Assembly: GCA_963749495.1 (NCBI GenBank)
Contig: CAVVMW010000022.1
Coordinates: forward strand, 1-64,000
Origin: an uncultured bacterium
Lineage (GTDB): Bacteria > Verrucomicrobiota > Verrucomicrobiia > Limisphaerales > UBA8199
DNA: 64,000 nucleotides
Direction: 5' to 3'
Part shown: piece by piece, positions 61,638 through 64,000 of the stretch
Layout of the letters: each line of letters begins with the position of its first letter
How positions within the stretch are numbered: the stretch's first letter is position 1
Notes under the pieces: model-generated
Told to the model about the DNA's origin: nothing
What the model saw: the letters and a program-made list of their open reading frames with translations, nothing else
Databases searched by the model: none
Translations under genes and position numbers: made by a program

Positions 61638-62999
61638 ATGAAACCCATCCAACTTGCCCCATTGTGCCTCGTTTGTTTGTGCAACGCCATGACGGCAGGA
61701 GCCCAACAGTCAGGCGACTACACATACACTACCAACAACGGGACGATCACTATCACCCGCTACAGCGGTACTCACGCCGTGGTTACTATTCCGTCTGCCA
61801 TTGACAGCCTCCCGGTCACCGGCATTGGGGGGTTCTTCAACTCCAGCCCGATCCTCGTCACAATTCCCAGTAGTGTCACCAGCATCGGGGACGGGGCATT
61901 CGAAGGCTGTGATAGGCTGGCCACCATCACGATCCCCGATAGTGTCACCAACCTCGGTGACTATGCCTTCGACCAATGCCAGGATCTGGCCATGGTCACG
62001 ATGGGCAACAGCGTCACTAACATCGGGGTTAGCGTGTTCTTCGGGTGTCCCAGTCTAACCATCATCACGATCCCCGATAGCGTCACCAGCATCGGGGACA
62101 GCGCGTTCTCTGGCTGCACCAGCCTGCCGAGCATCACGATCCCCGGCAGTGTCACGAGTATTGGGGGCGGGGCGTTCTCTGGCACGGGTCTGACCAACAT
62201 TGCGTTCCCGAGCACGCTTGCCAATATCGGGAAGAACGCCTTCGCTGGCTGCGTCAGCCTGACGCAGATCACGGTGGACCCACTTAATCCGTTCCACAGT
62301 AGCGTGGATGGGGTGTTGTTCGACAAGAGCCAGACCACAGTCATTCAATACCCGAGCGGCAAAGCCGGACGTTACACGATTCCCGACAGCGTCACCAGCA
62401 TCGGGTCCGAGGCGTTCTATGGCTGCGAATGGCTGTCGAGCGTTACGATCCCCGACAGCGTCACCAACATCGGGTCGCAGGCGTTTTCCGGCTGCACGAG
62501 CCTGGCCAGTGTGGCAATCCCCAACAGCGTCACCAACATCGGGTGGCAGACGTTCTCCGGCTGCAGGAGCCTGGCCAGCCTGACAATCCCCAACAGCGTC
62601 ACTAGCATCGGGGACGCTGCGTTCGAGGATTGCGGCAGCCTGCGAAGCGTGTATTTTGAAGGAAATGCTCCAATCGCTCCTTGGAGTTCATTCAGTGGGA
62701 GTTTTGGCGTATTCGTGTATTACCAGCCAGGAACGATGGGCTGGAGCAATACATTTGCCGACGCTCCGGCCAGGCTGTGGAATCCGAAGGCCAAAACTCC
62801 CACCGTCCTGAACAATCAATTCACCTTCGACATTACTGGCACATGGAACATCCCTATCGCAGTGGAGGCAAGCACGAACCTGGCTAGCGGCACCTGGGTT
62901 CATTTGCAAACCAGCACCCTAACCAACGGCCTGCTCCATTTCACTGACCCCGATTGGATTACGTATCCGGCCCGCTTCTATCGCATCCGGTCGCCGTGA
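61638..62999 (+). CDS. BspA-type leucine-rich repeat (LRR_5) surface protein
   Basis: About 11 repeats of TIPDSVTSIGxxAFxGCxSL, signal peptide, C-terminal VEASTNL..W..RFYRIRSP. Confidence 0.92.
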   Translation: MKPIQLAPLCLVCLCNAMTAGAQQSGDYTYTTNNGTITITRYSGTHAVVTIPSAIDSLPVTGIGGFFNSSPILVTIPSSVTSIGDGAFEGCDRLATITIPDSVTNLGDYAFDQCQDLAMVTMGNSVTNIGVSVFFGCPSLTIITIPDSVTSIGDSAFSGCTSLPSITIPGSVTSIGGGAFSGTGLTNIAFPSTLANIGKNAFAGCVSLTQITVDPLNPFHSSVDGVLFDKSQTTVIQYPSGKAGRYTIPDSVTSIGSEAFYGCEWLSSVTIPDSVTNIGSQAFSGCTSLASVAIPNSVTNIGWQTFSGCRSLASLTIPNSVTSIGDAAFEDCGSLRSVYFEGNAPIAPWSSFSGSFGVFVYYQPGTMGWSNTFADAPARLWNPKAKTPTVLNNQFTFDITGTWNIPIAVEASTNLASGTWVHLQTSTLTNGLLHFTDPDWITYPARFYRIRSP

Positions 63000-63015
63000 T
63001 TTACTATTTGTCGGG

Positions 63016-63300
63016 GATGAACCGCTGGCCGATGCCCAGCGGTTCCGCCGCCTCCACCTCATCCTGGGCGACACCAACGTGCTGCCCTCGACCCTGTTTC
63101 TCAAGGTGGGCGCCACGCGCCTGGTCCTGGACCTGCTTCCCGCGCCTGCGCTCGCAGCCGGCTCATGCGCGAAATCCAAGCCCAGGCCTCCTCCTCCTAC
63201 TTCGTCGATTGGGAAGAGGTCTCCCTCCCCAACCAGAGACGCGCCCTGCTCCTGGACCCCTTCAGAACCCACCCCGAATCCGCAGCCAGGAGGTTGTAGG
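63016..63300 (+). pseudogene. pafA: Second pafA remnant: middle fragment plus duplicated 3' end
   Basis: DEPLADAQRFRRLHLILGDTNVLPSTLFLKVGATRLVLDLL; 63137-63300 repeats 60743-60903 with ~10 substitutions and a 3-bp indel. Confidence 0.85.
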
Positions 63301-63455
63301 TGAGTGTGCGAGACGGCCCGAATCTCCGGCCCAAAGGGACGGCAGAGCCTAGCCCAGGGCTGAGGCCGTCAGGCCGATGCCCTGGGACAGGCGAACGAAA
63401 TCAATCGCGCCCTGAAAGGGCGCAAGACTCTAGCGCCCCTTCAGGGGAATGGCAC

Positions 63456-63806
63456 TTACTTAGTGCCTAAAACTTTGGCGCTTAGGCGCTTGCGTCGATG
63501 GGGATGAGGTGCCCTCTGGAAGATAATCTTGCGGGACAGCCGCTCCATGTCACGCAACAGCCCCCGCACCTGTCGGTAGTGGTTAACCGCTTGGCGCATC
63601 TGCTCGAACTCCTCCTGGGTTAGTGAGACGGTGATCGTCTTCTGCGCGACTTTGCGCGTCCACTGGTAACCGGCACCTCCGCCCGAGCGCCGCGTGCGGT
63701 CCTGCACCGAGCCCTGGCTGAGGTAGCCTATTTGGCTCAAACGGCGTCGCAATTGCTCGTATTGCCGGTCCCAGGAGGCGGTGCCCTTATCCAGATTTTT
63801 GTTCAT
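63456..63806 (-). CDS. DUF6788-like small transposase-associated protein
   Basis: IGYLSQGSV..YQWTRKVAQKTITVSL..AVNHYR. Confidence 0.7.
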   Translation of the reverse strand: MNKNLDKGTASWDRQYEQLRRRLSQIGYLSQGSVQDRTRRSGGGAGYQWTRKVAQKTITVSLTQEEFEQMRQAVNHYRQVRGLLRDMERLSRKIIFQRAPHPHRRKRLSAKVLGTK

Positions 63807-63838
63807 CGGCCTCAATTTTAGCTTGCCGGTCAAGCATA

Positions 63839-63858
63839 GTCCAGTATATATACTGGAC
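63839..63858. promoter_or_regulatory. Perfect 20-bp palindrome between divergent IS genes
   Basis: GTCCAGTATATATACTGGAC, immediately before the ATG at 63859. Confidence 0.65.
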
Positions 63859-64000
63859 ATGCACACGCCCTTTTTCGCACCCTGGCGCTCTCGCCTGGCC
63901 CGCTTGGGTTCCCGCACCGCCCACGCCTGCCGCCAGGTCCGCGCCTATACCCTCTGCCAACTGGAAAAGTGCTTCTCCTCCTCGGTACCCCAGGAGTGCT
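63859..64000 (+). CDS. Probable IS4-family transposase N-terminus (partial)
   Basis: MHTPFFAPWRSRLARLG..VRAYTLCQLE; recognised by recollection only, catalytic region lies outside the window. Confidence 0.5.
   Translation, partial: MHTPFFAPWRSRLARLGSRTAHACRQVRAYTLCQLEKCFSSSVPQEC

Larger units (their letters stand above)
63447..64000. mobile_element. Left part of an IS4-like insertion sequence, inserted in a REP
   Basis: Terminus GGAATGGCACTTA truncates the REP at 63326-63446; contains a small ORF and a divergent transposase start; runs off the window. Confidence 0.6.

Noticed and set aside
60743..63300. DGR template/variable repeat pair
   Set aside because: Mismatches are not confined to adenines, there is an indel, no reverse transcriptase is present, and both copies are pafA 3' ends.
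63839..63858. LexA/SOS box
   Set aside because: CAGT..ACTG is not the E. coli CTGT-N8-ACAG box; kept only as an unassigned palindrome.

Overview
GC-rich bacterial DNA. Gene content (ECF sigma factors with long C-terminal extensions, secreted LamG/Ig/LRR proteins ending in an 'xFYRx' tail, UBact operon) suggests Verrucomicrobiota subdivision 3 (Pedosphaera/Limisphaera-like); this is an inference. Contents, left to right: a putative K+/amino-acid transport cluster with a PP2C-kinase fusion, a Fur/Zur plus metal ABC operon, toxin-antitoxin genes and remnants, a Zn-metalloprotease, tRNA-Pro-trmB-yggS-pyrC-thioredoxin, two extended ECF sigma factors, several glycoside hydrolases, and a ~5.3 kb direct-repeat-bounded island of orphan genes. 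At the right end lie a Pup-type proteasome operon (arc-dop-ubact-prcB-prcA-pafA*), an LRR gene and the start of an IS4-like element. The 57-aa UBact modifier is missing from the ORF track, and pafA survives only as two partly complementary fragments. Intergenic DNA is dense with mobile relics: small GGGGTC-ended inverted-repeat elements holding internally deleted Y1/RAYT transposase genes, REP-like palindromes inside TIR-bounded envelopes, and an ORF-less group II intron inserted in a palindromic repeat. About 12 apparent small frameshifts, several in homopolymers, are most likely long-read errors. All family assignments come from motif recognition by eye; no database searches were run.
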